The notes under the pieces were generated by a model. It had not been told where the DNA came from, did not search any database, and worked only from the letters and a program-made list of their open reading frames with translations. The position numbers and the translations under genes are program-made. Source: Eledone cirrhosa (taxonomy: Eukaryota). Taken from it: DNA of 64,000 bases. Below are positions 1-14,650 of the stretch, in pieces (within the stretch, counting starts at the first letter, position 1; every line of letters begins with the position of its first letter). The stretch covers positions 22,692,001 through 22,756,000 of the forward strand of contig OZ024742.1 of assembly GCA_964016885.1 (NCBI GenBank). Direction: 5' to 3'.

Positions 1-3000
1 TTCTGTCACCTTAACTCACTGAAATATAGACACAAGTATCTCGGTATCAAATTACAAAGAGATTCCCACTCTTCTGTTACCTTAGCTCACTGAAACAGAG
101 ACACATGTATCGCGGTATCAAATTACCAAGAGATACCCCACTCTTTTGTCACCTTAACTCACTGAAAAAGAGACACAAGTACCGCGGTGTCAAATTACCA
201 AGAGATTCCCACTCTTCAGTCACCTTAACTCACTGAAACAGAGACACAAGTATCGCGGTATCAAATTACCAGGAGATTCCCCCCTTTTCTGTCACATTAA
301 CTCACTGAAACAGAGACACAAGTATCGCGGTATCAAATTACCAAGAAATTACCACTCTTCTGTCACCTTAACTCACTGAAACAGAGACACAAGTATCGCG
401 GTATCAGATTACCAAGAGATTCCCACTATTCCGTCACCTTAACTCACTGAAACAGAGACACAAGTATCGCAGTATCAAATTACCAAGAGATTCCCACCCT
501 TCTGTCACCTTAACTCACTGAAACAGAGACACAAGTATCGCGGTATCAAATTACCAAGAGATTCCCACTATTCTGTCACCTTAACTCACTGAAACAGAGA
601 CACAAGTATCGCGGTATCAAATTATCAAGAGATTCCCCACTCTTCTGTCACCTTAACTCACTGAAACAGAGACACAAGTATCGCAGTATCAAATTACCAA
701 GAGATTCCCCACTCTTCTGTCACCTTAACTCACTGAAACAGAGACACAAGTATCGCGGTATCAAATTACCAAGAGATTCCCACACTCCTGTCACCTTAAC
801 TCACTGAAATATAGACACAAGTATCTCGGTATCAAATTACCAAGAGATTCCCACTCTTCTGTCACCTTAAGTCACTGAAACAGAGACACAAGTATAGCGG
901 TATCAAATTACCAACAGATTCCCACTCTTCTGTCACCTTAACTCGCTTAAACAGAGACACAAGTATCGCGGTATCAAATTACCAAGAGATTCCCACTCTT
1001 CTGTCACCTTAACTCACTGAAACAGAGACACAAGTATCGCGGTATCAAATTACCAAGAGATTACCACTCTTCTGTCACCTTAACTCACTGAAACAGAGAC
1101 ACAAGTATCGCGGTATCAAATTACCAAGAGATTACCACTCTTCTGTCACTTTAACTCACTGAAACAGAGACACAAGTATCGCGGTATCAAATTACCAAGA
1201 TATTCCCCCCTCTTCTGTCACCTTAACTCACTGAAACAGAGACACAAGTATCGCGGTATCAAATTACCAAGAGATTCCCACTCTTCTGTCACCTTAACTC
1301 ACTGAAATATAGACACAAGTATCTCGGTATCAAATTACCAAGAGATTCCCACTCTTCTGTTACCTCAGCTCACTGAAACAGAGACACAAGTATCGCGGTA
1401 TCAAATTACCAAGAGATACCCCACTCTTTTGTCACCTTAACTCACTGAAACAGAGACACAAGTATCGCGGTGTCAAATTACCAAGAGATTCCCACTCTTC
1501 AGTAACCTTAACTCACTGAGACAGAGTCAAAAGTATTGCGGTATCAAATTATCTAGAGATTCCCACTCTTCTGTCACCTTAACTCACTGAAACAGAGACA
1601 CAAGTATCGCGGTATTAAATTACCAAGAGATTCCCACTCTTCTGTCACCTTAACTCACTGAAACAGAGACACAAGTATCGCGGTATCAAATTACCAAGAG
1701 ATTCCCACTCTTCTGTCACCTTAACTCACTGAAACAGAGACACAAGTATCGCGGTATCAAATTAACAAGAGATTACCACGCTTCTGTCACCTTAACTCAC
1801 TGAAACAGAGACACAAGTATCGCGGTATCAAATTACCAAGATATTCCCCCCTCTTCTGTCACCTTAACTCACTGAAACAGAGACACAAGTATCGCGGTAT
1901 CAAATTACCAAGAGATTCCCACTCTTCTGTCACCTTAACTCACTGAAATATAGACACAAGTATCTCGGTATCAAATTACAAAGAGATTCCCACTCTTCTG
2001 TTACCTTAGCTCACTGAAACAGAGACACATGTATCGCGGTATCAAATTACCAAGAGATACCCCACTCTTTTGTCACCTTAACTCACTGAAAAAGAGACAC
2101 AAGTACCGCGGTGTCAAATTACCAAGAGATTCCCACTCTTCAGTCACCTTAACTCACTGAAACAGAGACACAAGTATCGCGGTATCAAATTACCAGGAGA
2201 TTCCCCCCTTTTCTGTCACATTAACTCACTGAAACAGAGACACAAGTATCGCGGTATCAAATTACCAAGAAATTACCACTCTTCTGTCACCTTAACTCAC
2301 TGAAACAGAGACACAAGTATCGCGGTATCAGATTACCAAGAGATTCCCACTATTCCGTCACCTTAACTCACTGAAACAGAGACACAAGTATCGCAGTATC
2401 AAATTACCAAGAGATTCCCACCCTTCTGTCACCTTAACTCACTGAAACAGAGACACAAGTATCGCGGTATCAAATTACCAAGAGATTCCCACTATTCTGT
2501 CACCTTAACTCACTGAAACAGAGACACAAGTATCGCGGTATCAAATTATCAAGAGATTCCCCACTCTTCTGTCACCTTAACTCACTGAAACAGAGACACA
2601 AGTATCGCAGTATCAAATTACCAAGAGATTCCCCACTCTTCTGTCACCTTAACTCACTGAAACAGAGACACAAGTATCGCGGTATCAAATTACCAAGAGA
2701 TTCCCACACTCCTGTCACCTTAACTCACTGAAATATAGACACAAGTATCTCGGTATCAAATTACCAAGAGATTCCCACTCTTCTGTCACCTTAAGTCACT
2801 GAAACAGAGACACAAGTATAGCGGTATCAAATTACCAACAGATTCCCACTCTTCTGTCACCTTAACTCGCTTAAACAGAGACACAAGTATCGCGGTATCA
2901 AATTACCAAGAGATTCCCACTCTTCTGTCACCTTAACTCACTGAAACAGAGACACAAGTATCGCGGTATCAAATTACCAAGAGATTACCACTCTTCTGTC

Positions 3001-6000
3001 ACCTTAACTCACTGAAACAGAGACACAAGTATCGCGGTATCAAATTACCAAGAGATTACCACTCTTCTGTCACTTTAACTCACTGAAACAGAGACACAAG
3101 TATCGCGGTATCAAATTACCAAGATATTCCCCCCTCTTCTGTCACCTTAACTCACTGAAACAGAGACACAAGTATCGCGGTATCAAATTACCAAGAGATT
3201 CCCACTCTTCTGTCACCTTAACTCACTGAAATATAGACACAAGTATCTCGGTATCAAATTACCAAGAGATTCCCACTCTTCTGTTACCTCAGCTCACTGA
3301 AACAGAGACACAAGTATCGCGGTATCAAATTACCAAGAGATACCCCACTCTTTTGTCACCTTAACTCACTGAAACAGAGACACAAGTATCGCGGTGTCAA
3401 ATTACCAAGAGATTCCCACTCTTCAGTAACCTTAACTCACTGAGACAGAGTCAAAAGTATTGCGGTATCAAATTATCTAGAGATTCCCACTCTTCTGTCA
3501 CCTTAACTCACTGAAACAGAGACACAAGTATCGCGGTATTAAATTACCAAGAGATTCCCACTCTTCTGTCACCTTAACTCACTGAAACAGAGACACAAGT
3601 ATCGCGGTATCAAATTACCAGGAGATTCCCCCCTCTTCTGTCACCTTAACTCACTCAAACAGAGACACAAGTATCGCGGTATCAAATTACCAAGATATTC
3701 CCACTCTTCTGTTACCTCAGCTCACTGAAACAGAGACACAAGTATCGCGGTATCAAATTACCAAGAGATACCCCACTCTTTTGTCACCTTAACTCACTGA
3801 AACAGAGACACAAGTATCGCGGTGTCAAATTACCAAGAGATTCCCACTCTTCAGTCACCTTAACTCACTGAAACAGAGTCAAAAGTATTGCGGTATCAAA
3901 TTATCTAGAGATTCCCACTCCTCTGTCAACTTAACTCACTGAAACAGAGACACAAGTATCGCGGTGTCAAATTACCAAGAGATTCCCCCCTCTTCTGTCA
4001 CCTTAAGTCACTGAAACAGAGACACAAGTATAGCGGTATCAAATTACCAAGAGATTCCACTCTTCTGTCACCTTAACTCGCTGAAACAGAGACACAAGTA
4101 TCGCGGTATCAAATTACCAAGAGATTCCCACTCTTCTGTCACCTTAACTCACTGAAACAGAGACACAAGTATCGCGGTATCAAATTAACAAGAGATTACC
4201 ACGCTTCTGTCACCTTAACTCACTGAAACAGAGACACAAGTATCGCGGTATCAAATTACCAAGATATTCCCCCCTCTTCTGTCACCTTAACTCACTGAAA
4301 CAGAGACACAAGTATCGCGGTATCAAATTACCAAGAGATTCCCACTCTTCTGTCACCTTAACTCACTGAAATATAGACACAAGTATCTCGGTATCAAATT
4401 ACAAAGAGATTCCCACTCTTCTGTTACCTTAGCTCACTGAAACAGAGACACATGTATCGCGGTATCAAATTACCAAGAGATACCCCACTCTTTTGTCACC
4501 TTAACTCACTGAAAAAGAGACACAAGTATCGCGGTGTCAAATTACCAAGAGATTCCCACTCTTCAGTCACCTTAACTCACTGAAACAGAGACACAAGTAT
4601 CGCGGTATCAAATTACCAGGAGATTCCCCCCTTTTCTGTCACATTAACTCACTGAAACAGAGACACAAGTATCGCGGTATCAAATTACCAAGAAATTACC
4701 ACTCTTCTGTCACCTTAACTCACTGAAACAGAGACACAAGTATCGCGGTATCAGATTACCAAGAGATTCCCACTATTCCGTCACCTTAACTCACTGAAAC
4801 AGAGACACAAGTATCGCAGTATCAAATTACCAAGAGATGCCCACCCTTCTGTCACCTTAACTCACTGAAACAGAGACACAAGTATCGCGGTATCAAATTA
4901 CCAAGAGATTCCCACTATTCTGTCACCATAACTCACTGAAACAGAGACACAAGTATCGCGGTATCAAATTATCAAGAGATTCCCCACTCTTCTGTCACCT
5001 TAACTCACTGAAACAGAGACACAAGTATCGCAGTATCAAATTACCAAGAGATTCCCCACTCTTCTGTCACCTTAACTCACTGAAACAGAGACACAAGTAT
5101 CGCGGTATCAAATTACCAAGAGATTCCCACACTTCTGTCACCTTAACTCACTGAAATATAGACACAAGTATCTCGGTATCAAATTACCAAGAGATTCCCA
5201 CTCTTCTGTCACCTTAAGTCACTGAAATAGAGACACAAGTATAGCGGTATCAAATTACCAAGAGATTCCCACTCTTCTGTCACCTTAACTCGCTTAAACA
5301 GAGACACAAGTATCGCGGTATCAAATTACCAAGAGATTCCCACTCTTCTGTCACCTTAACTCACTGAAACAGAGACACAAGTATCGCGGTATCAAATTAC
5401 CAAGAGATTACCACTCTTCTGTCACCTTAACTCACTGAAACAGAGACACAAGTATCGCGGTATCAAATTACCAAGAGATTACCACTCTTCTGTCACTTTA
5501 ACTCACTGAAACAGAGACACAAGTATCGCGGTATCAAATTACCAAGATATTCCCCCCTCTTCTGTCACCTTAACTCACTGAAACAGAGACACAAGTATCG
5601 CGGTATCAAATTACCAAGAGATTCCCACTCTTCTGTCACCTTAACTCACTGAAATATAGACACAAGTATCACGGTATCAAATTACAAAGTGATTCCCACT
5701 CTTCTGTTACCTTAGCTCACTGAAACAGAGACACAAGTATCGCGGTATCAAATTACCAAGAGATTCCCACTCTTCTGTCACCTTAACTCACTGAAAATGA
5801 GACACAAGTATCGCGGTGTCAAATTACCAAGAGATTCCCACTCTTCAGTCACCTTAACTCACTGAAACAGAGACACAAGTATCGCGGTATCATATTACCA
5901 AGAGATACCCTGCTTTTCTCTCACCTTAACTCACTGAAACAGAGACACAAGTATCGCGGTATCAAATTACCAAGATATTCCCACTTTTCTGTCACCTTAA

Positions 6001-8807
6001 CTCACTGAAACAGAGACACAAGTATCGCGGTATCAAATTACCAAGAGATTCCCACTCTTCTGTCACATTAACTCACTGAAAAAGAGACACAAGTATCGCG
6101 TTGTCAAATTACCAAGAGATTCCCCCCTCTTCTCTCACCTTAACTCACTGAAACATAGACACAAGTATTGCGGTATCAAATTATCTAGAGATTCCCACTG
6201 TTCTGTCACTTTAACTCACTGAAACAGAGACACAAGTATCGCGGTATTAAATAACCAAGAGATTCCCACTCTTCTGTCACCTTAACTCACTCAAACAGAG
6301 ACACAAGTATCGCGGTATCAAATTACCAGGAGATTCCCCCCTCTTCTGTCACCTTAACTCACTCAAACAGAGACACAACTATCGCGGTATCAAATTACCA
6401 AGATATTCCCACTCTTCTGTCACCTTAACTCACTGAAACAGAGACACAAGTATCGCGGTATGAAATTACCAAGAGATTCCCACTCTTCTGTCACCTTAAT
6501 TCACTGAAACAGAGAGACAAGTATCGCGGTATCAACTTACCAAGATATACCCCACTCTTCTGTCACCTTAATTCACTGAAACAGAGACACAAGTATCGCG
6601 CTGTCAAGTTATCAAGAGATTACCACTCTTCTGTCACCTTAACTCACTGAAATATAGACACAAGTATCTCGGTATCAAATTACCAAGAGATTCCCACACT
6701 TCTGTCACCTTAACTCACTGAAACAGAGACACAAGTATCGCGGTATCAAATTACCAAGAGATTCCCCACTCTTCTGTCACCTTAACTCGCTGAAACAGAG
6801 ACACAAGTATCGCGGTATCAAATTACCAAGAGATTCCCACTCTTCTGTCACCTTAACTCACTGAAACAGAGACACAAGTATCGCGGTATCAAATTACCAA
6901 GAGATTCCCTCTATTCTGTCACCTTAACTCACTGAAACAGAGACACAAGTATCGCGGTATCAAATTACCAAGATATTCCCACTCTTCTGTCACCTTAACT
7001 CACTGAAACAGAGACACAAGTATCGCGGTATCAAATTACCAGGAGATTCCCCCCTCTTCTGTCACATTAACTCACTGAAACAGAGACACAAGTATCGCGG
7101 TATCAAATTACCAAGAGATTACCACTCTTCTGTCACCTTAACTCACTGAAACAGAGACGACACAAGTATCGCGGTATCAAATTACCAAGAGATTCCCCCC
7201 ACTTCTGTCACCTTAACTCACTGAAACAGAGACACAAGTATTGCGGTATCAAATTATCTAGAGATTCCCACTCTTCTGTCACCTTAACTCACTGAAACAG
7301 AGACACAAGTATCGCGGTATTAAATTACCAAGAGATTCCCACTCTTCTGTCACCTTAACTCGCTGAAACAGAGACACAAGTATCGCGGTATCAAATTACC
7401 AAGAGGTTCCCCACTCTTCTGTCACCTTAACTCACTGAAACAGAGACACATGTATCGCGGTATCAAATTACCAAGAGATTCCCCCCACTTCTGTCACCTT
7501 AACTCACTGAAACAGAGACACAAGTATTGCGGTATCAAATTATCTAGAGATTCCCACTCTTCTGTCATCTTAACTCACTGAAACAGAGACACAAGTATCG
7601 CGGTGTCAAATTACCAAGAGATTACCACTCTTCTGTCACCTTAACTCGCTGAAACAGAGACACAAGTATCGCGGTATCAAATTACCAAGAGGTTCCCCAC
7701 TCTTCTGTCACCTTAACTCACTGAAACAGAGACACATGTATCGCGGTATCAAATTACCAAGTGATTCCCCACTCTTCTGTCACCTTAACTCACTGAAACA
7801 GATACACAAGTATTGCGGTATCAAATTACCAAGAGATACCCACTCTTCTGTCACCTTAACTCACTGAAATATAGACACAAGTATCTCGGTATCAAATTAC
7901 CAAGAGATTCCCACTCTTCTTTCACCTTAAGTCACTGAAACAGAGACACAAGTATCGCGGTATCAAATTACCAAGAGATTCCCACTCTTCTGTCACCTTA
8001 ACTCGCTGAAACAGAGACACAAGTATCGCGGCATCAAATTACCAAGAGATTTCCACTCTTCTGTCACCTTATCTCACTGAAACAGAGACACAAGTATCGC
8101 GGTATCAAATTACCAAGATATTCCCACTCTTCTGTCACCTTAACTCACTGAAACAGAGACACAAGTATCGCGGTATCAAATTACCAAGAGATTCCCACTC
8201 TTCTGTCACCTTAACTCACTGAAACAGAGACACAAGTATGGCGGTATCAAATTTCCATGAGATTCCCCACTCTTCTGTCACCTTAACTCACTGAAACAGA
8301 GACACAAGTATCGCGGTATCAAATTACCAAGAGATTCCCACTCTTCTGTCACCTTAACTCACTGAAACAGAGACACAAGTATCGCGGTATCAAATTACCA
8401 AGAGATTCCCACTCTTCTGTCACCTTAACTCACTGAAACAGAGACACAAGTATCGCGGTATCAAATTACCAAGAGATTCCCACTCTTCTGTCACGTTAAC
8501 TCACTGAAACAGAGACACAAGTATCACGGTATCAAATTATCAAGCGATTCCCACGCTCTGTCACGTTAACTCACTGAAACAGAGACACAAGTATCGCGGT
8601 ATTAAATTACCAAGAGATTCCCCACTCTTCTGTCACCTTAACTCACTGAAACAGAGACACAAGTATCGCGGTATCAAATTACCAAGAGATTCCCACTCTT
8701 CTGTCACCTTAACTCACTGAAACAGAGACACAAGTATCGCGGTATCAAATTACCAAGAGATTCTCACTCTTCTGTCACGTTAACTCACTGAAACAGAGGC
8801 ACAAGTA
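1..8807. repeat. 71-bp satellite DNA array (about 124 monomers, runs off the left edge)
   Basis: Unit ttctgtcaccttaactcactgaaacagagacacaagtatcgcggtatcaaattaccaagagattcccactc recurs every 71-72 bp with few substitutions. Confidence 0.98.
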
Positions 8808-8939
8808 TTATCTTCTAACTATCGACTCGAGACCTGAAAGCAGATTCATGCGCCGATTTACTATTTATGCACTAACTCTTCTGAGGTAGAGTAATTAAAT
8901 AACTGAATATATTGACCCCGTGGACACACACCCATACAC

Positions 8940-8984
8940 TGACATATATATACATACACTATATATATTTATATATATATATAT

Positions 8985-9042
<58 letters not shown>

Positions 9043-9203
9043 GTGTATATGTATATATATATATATGTGTATATGTATATGTATATATATATGTATATAT
9101 ATATATATATGTGTGTGTATATATGTATATATGTATGTATATATATATATGTAAGTATGTATGTATATATATATATATATGTGTATATATGTATTTATGT
9201 ATA

Positions 9204-9285
<82 letters not shown>

Positions 9286-9313
9286 AGTATATATAATTTA
9301 TATAAATATATAT
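8940..9313. repeat. (TA)n/(TG)/(GA)n compound microsatellite
   Basis: Direct sequence; source of the spurious YIYI ORFs. Confidence 0.95.
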
Positions 9314-10364
9314 AATGTCTCTTTATTTTCTACCAAACGACATGATAATCCCCTAAATTCTGAGGCTTAAATGCAATCTGATGATATAAGAAACTATATT
9401 AAATTTTATTTCATGGTTTGCTATCGCCAACATATATTACTAAACAGAACACTAAAAAAAATATCTAGGTATATTTCAGAAAATGGAATTATGTGGCTAG
9501 AGAATCAACAATATGAATATAATAGAATAACACACATAAAATGTCTACTGCTAAACGATTTGCAGAAAATTTGAATTGCAATAGAAAACAATATATCAAG
9601 TTAAGTGTATGCAATAATATTTGCATTGATACGATGTTGTGTGCATGGAATTCTAATAGTAATCCCAAGATAGAAGTTTCTAACTCGGTTGATAATGACT
9701 AACAAATAATATATTCCCATGTGATCATCAAAGATGATTTAAAGTAAGATCAAAATCATAAATTTTTGAACGGCTTTTCTAACGTTATATTTGACTTTGA
9801 AGTAGATTCTGGGGAAATGGCTTTACGGCAGTTTATCGAAGCTATTTAAATGGAATACCAGAAGGATTCTTTCGATTTAAATTCTTCATTATTTTCTTGT
9901 AAAATTTTGCTCCACTGAAATTATTAGCAAATCAAAAGAAAATATATATTAGCTTGGGAATCGAGTATGCAAAAGCAAATAATACACATTGGTCTAGTTT
10001 TAAACAGTTTATTAAAATAGTTGAAAAGGTGAATATATTTCGTGCGAAAATATTTTCTTCAATTTTGCGTTATCATAAAAATTTTAACATTAAGATCTGT
10101 CTATACATGGACAATCTAGTAGGTCGTTGGAAATGGCATGTAAGTTTATAAGTATATTTACTTCAACTCTCTCTCTCCCTCTCTCTCTCTCCCTCTCTCT
10201 CTCCCTCTCTCTTTCCCTCTTTCTATCTCTCTCTCCCCTCTCTCTCCCTCTTTCTTTCTCTCTCTCTCTCTTTCTTTCGTTCTCTCTCTCTATCTATCTC
10301 TCTCTCTCTTTCTTTCTTTCTCTCTCTTTCTCTTTCTCCTCCCCTCTCCCCCCCTCTCTCTCTT

Positions 10365-10411
<47 letters not shown>

Positions 10412-10413
<2 letters not shown>

Positions 10414-10607
10414 CAAAGAAAGTGTGGTAAGGAACCAGGTGGACCAAAACGCACCAGAGTATTCGATACTTAGGGTAGTAGAGTGGGTAATAGGAAAAGA
10501 GTCACGAGCTCGACAGCTAAGCTCCGGCCGTTTCGACAGCTAGATCCGAACGTTTAGATATAGCTGTCGAAACGGCCGGAGCTTAGCCGTCGGGGTCTGA
10601 ATCTGTT

Positions 10608-10609
<2 letters not shown>
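10412..10609. mobile_element. Short fold-back PLE pLTR remnant in (TA)n, related to the PLE-B 3' end
   Basis: Inverted arms around ~10545. Similar to 41530-41660 (gtggtaaggaacc...cttagggtagtagagtgggtaataggaa). Flanked by (TA)n. Confidence 0.8.
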
Positions 10610-10663
<54 letters not shown>

Positions 10664-10715
10664 CATACATGGATAGAGAGAGAAAGAGACAGACAAACAG
10701 GCAGACAGATAGACA

Positions 10716-10746
<31 letters not shown>

Positions 10747-10977
10747 TCAATTTCCAATTGAGTTCTTAGCACATGGCCTGAATTCCTTTCAGAGTTCATT
10801 GTCACGCGCATGTATTGTTTTTTTGGGCAGTAATTCACTTCCTCATATTTTGAATCAGTTCGAGCAGTTCTTTCAGAACTGCTGGACTGGCAACCTGACA
10901 GATACCTCAGGCACAGAAAGTGATTATCGCTAAATGCTGATGTTGGTTAGATTATCAATATTAGTATTATTGGGGCA

Positions 10978-11104
10978 CCCACTGATGAATTATAGGAGCC
11001 CACTTGAATATATATCTATTGATGGTATACAAGCTCCTACATAAATTGGAATAATTTCACCCAAATTGTAGGAATCCTATAATGAAACGAGACGTCCGTC
11101 TGGG
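10978..11104 (+). ncRNA. Type I hammerhead ribozyme with 95-nt branched stem II
   Basis: Stem I ccca/tggg; core CUGAUGA 10982-10988; stem II attatagga/tcctataat (9 bp); GAAAC at 11084; GUC at 11098-11100. Confidence 0.8.
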
Positions 11105-11275
11105 AAGAGATATATTCGATATGTCTCATTTGAAATAATACAGTCAATTTTCCACGTAATACTTTTAGTTAGCACCCCGAACTCTTAATTGGGAATATAC
11201 TCACTTATTTCCTAATGTTTGTTGAGTAGGTTGGAATTTGGCCGGAGTATCGCTAAAAAGCTTTCTCCGATATTG

Positions 11276-11358
<83 letters not shown>

Positions 11359-11645
11359 GTCTATATGTCTATCTGTCTGCCTGTCTGTCTGTCTCTTTCT
11401 CTCTCTATCCATGTATGTATGTATGTATGTATGTATGTATTCTATATGTATTGTGTTAAGTGGTCGCCCTTCGGTGCTATTAGTAACGTGTAAGCCAGTA
11501 CAATCTGTCACATAGCTTGGTGAGAAGGGCGATATTTGGACACCTTGCGGGATGAAATACAAGACCCGGCAAAGGGCGGAGGAACTCAGCAGAGTGAACG
11601 GCCATCCAAATAGTACTTTTTCTGTTCATATTTTTCTCTTCTTAC

Positions 11646-12610
11646 ATGGGAGTGAAAGACCCCCAGTTGTTGTCATGTATCTACCTACCTATCCTCTGTC
11701 AAGCGGGCACAGCAATCAGTGGAGACTCCACTTCGACATTCTATAGAGGGTTAGTACTTTACAAGTGCGATGACGTGCTCGGGGAGACTCTAGGCGTTGA
11801 AGACGACGAGCTCACCAGTCTGTTCAGTAGGACATTCCGCCCAGGACCTATGGACAACTTCCAGAGGTCCCTGGCCTGGCAGTGCTACCGAGGAGCTGTA
11901 CCGGTTCGTGACAAGATCTACAGGCACGGACGCCCCGGCAGGGATCCTTCCAAGAGGACGTGTCCAAGATGCGCGCTGGACATTGAAACCGTCATGCACG
12001 CAATTGTACACTTCCCGGGCGTAAGCCACCTGTGGAACTACGCAGAACAACTGTTGTCGCGTATGGGACAAATCCAGTTGACTGCCGAGTCCATAGTAAG
12101 GATCAAACCGCCAGCCTCTTTCAAAAACGAAAGAGAGGCGGTTTTCCTCTGTACAGTGGCTATGGTGAAAGAGGTTATATGGTGGACGAGATTGAGAGGA
12201 CCGAGGACAGATGCCTTTCTCTCCGGACAACAATTGATTCCCTTCTTTGAGAATCACTTTAGAAGGAGAATCAGAGTGGAGAGAGAGGCACTGTACCCCA
12301 GTAAATTTACTGAAAGGTGGGTGAATGTGGCAAAAATGGCCCGAGTGATTGGGCCTTCTCTGTTTATAAGCCTGTAGGTTAAAAAAGAGAGCAAAAGGAA
12401 GAAAGGAGCACTTGCACAACACGCTCCTGGAGTTGAGGGTTGTTCTATCGACGGGGTATTAAACAACCCATTTGTGGCGCCTCCCCCTTATTAGGGATTT
12501 TGATTGTTGTAATTGTTTGTTCTATATTTTGTACACGACTGTATGTAAAATCCCCGGCATGTGTCTTTGTATTGTCCCCTTTTCTTGTGCGCCCTTGGTG
12601 CAAATAAAGA
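11646..12610 (+). mobile_element. 3' fragment of an L1/Tx1-like LINE ORF2 (zf-RVT C-terminal region) with 3' UTR
   Basis: ORF 11646-12377 has the CPRC..ETVMHAIVH zinc-knuckle pattern followed by IWWTR. Ends at aaataaa before (TATC)n. Confidence 0.75.
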
Positions 12611-12644
12611 AATCTATCTCTCTATCAATCTATGTGTCTCTCTA

Positions 12645-12645
12645 C

Positions 12646-12723
<78 letters not shown>

Positions 12724-12745
12724 GTCTATCTATCTATCTATCTAT
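12645..12745. repeat. (TATC)n microsatellite
   Basis: Direct sequence. Confidence 0.95.
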
Positions 12746-13242
12746 CCCGCCCATCACTGTCTGTCTTTCTCTATCTCACCCCGCTCCCTCTATATATACA
12801 CCTATATAAGACATCAATCACCGAAGGCCATAGGATTTATCTCCCTTAATTGCGTTCCTTACCTGAATATTTCGAAAGGGAGTTTATTTCTTGAAGTTGC
12901 GTTTATTATCTCGGGTGATGTGAGTATTTCGTTTACAATCACTATATTTAGACAACTCTAGTTGTACATACACACCCACACATACATACACATGCACATA
13001 CAACCACAAACACATACACATACGCACTACACATATACACACACACATACACACACTCACACACACATACATAGAAACACACACACATGCGCATATATAC
13101 ACACATACATACACACACACGCACCACACACATACACACGCACCACATACGCACCACGCACATGCACCACGCACATACACACATACACACACATACTATT
13201 CACATACACATTCATACACATTCTTATTCCCATTCTGATTTT

Positions 13243-13365
13243 ATTTGTTTCTATCACTTTCTTGCTTCCATATTGTTTCTATCACTTTCTTGCTACCATA
13301 TTGTTTCTATCACTTTCTTGCTTCCATATTGTTTCTATCATTTTCTTGCTTCCTTATTGTTTCCA
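13243..13365. repeat. ~28-bp tandem repeat, about 4 copies
   Basis: attgtttctatcactttcttgcttccat repeated. Confidence 0.85.
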
Positions 13366-13899
13366 TCTGTTCGTGTCCTGGAGAAAACGCTTGTTGTTGG
13401 GCTTAGAGAGGAACACCCCAGCAGGATTAAACATCCAATATGTCATGGCGGTGCCTCTATGCTTTCATCAGATACTTTTTGCTGAAAGGAATACAAGGCA
13501 ATTCTTGTATTCTACCATTTCTGCTTCTTCCTTGTATTTTTTATATACTGTTTTGACAAAACTTAAACAGGAAAGGCTTCCTTACACAACCCTGCACAAC
13601 AGCACAACTTAAACAGGAACTATTTTTTCCTTACACAACCCTGCAAAACAACAAAATACAACGAGCTAAACTAGCTAAAATCATGCAAGAAAAAATATAA
13701 TTACTCAGTTAAAAGTAAATAAAATTAAAATTAAAACCACAATTAAAAAAACACAAAAAACTCCTTCATACCATTGAGCCTTTAACGAGAAACCTAGTCC
13801 ACACAATATCCGAAACCTGATAGAATATATACAATGTTTGCTTACACATTATATAAAGTAGAAGAATACACAATGGTTCCCCTTAATTGTATTTCAAGA

Positions 13900-14369
13900 C
13901 GAAAGAATTCGATCGCAAATACAAGCAGCCGAAATGGGGTTCCTCCGAACGGTCTTTGGAGTAACGTTATTTGATAGAGTGTGTAGCTCGGCGATTAGAG
14001 AGTCACTTCAGGTAGAGCAGCTACTTCTCCAAATTGAGAGATACTACGGGCATGTCGTTAGACTGTCTCAGGAGATAATTGCTGGACAGGTTCTACAGGC
14101 AAAACCAACCGGCAGGAGACCCTGGGGTAGACCCCTAGTAAGGTGGTTGGATAACATCGATGAGATTGACTGGTCTCACTTGGTGATTCAGCCGAATCAG
14201 TCGGGGACATATGCTTCTGATAGGACCGGCTGGAAGGAGTGTTTGAGAACTCTTCACCCACGACCCTCTCAGGAATAAGTGGGAGAAGAAGAAGAAGAAG
14301 AAGAAGAAGAAGAAGAAGAAGAAGAAGAAGAAGAAGAAGAAGAAGAAGAAGAAGAAGAAGAAGAAGAAT
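13900..14369 (+). mobile_element. 5'-truncated RTE-clade LINE 3' end with (GAA)n tail
   Basis: IQAAEMGFLR...YYGHVVR...GRRPWGRPLVRW.D is typical of the RTE ORF C-terminus; (GAA)n follows. Confidence 0.85.
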
Positions 14370-14650
14370 ATAGCAACCTGAATTGTTTGCTCCAATACAA
14401 TCCAGGGCCTTCTCACACTGTTGGAGAAACCATTCCCTGGTTGACCTCCACAGTTTCCTGATTGGTTTTGGTCATGTCTGGGATGTAACCGTGTTCAGTA
14501 CGTTTGAACAGTTTAGGGTTGGAGAAGTTGTTTAAACCATAGTTGGGGTGGATAGCTGTTTACTCTGAGTAGTTAATCCGCCCTGTGTAAATATATATAT
14601 TTACAATGTATGTGTGCATGTGTGTGCATATATATATATATATATATATA

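Noticed and set aside
1-8807. CRISPR array or ribozyme-bearing satellite
   Set aside because: There are no unique spacers and no cas genes. The monomer has no CUGANGA...GAAA arrangement that I could fold on either strand.
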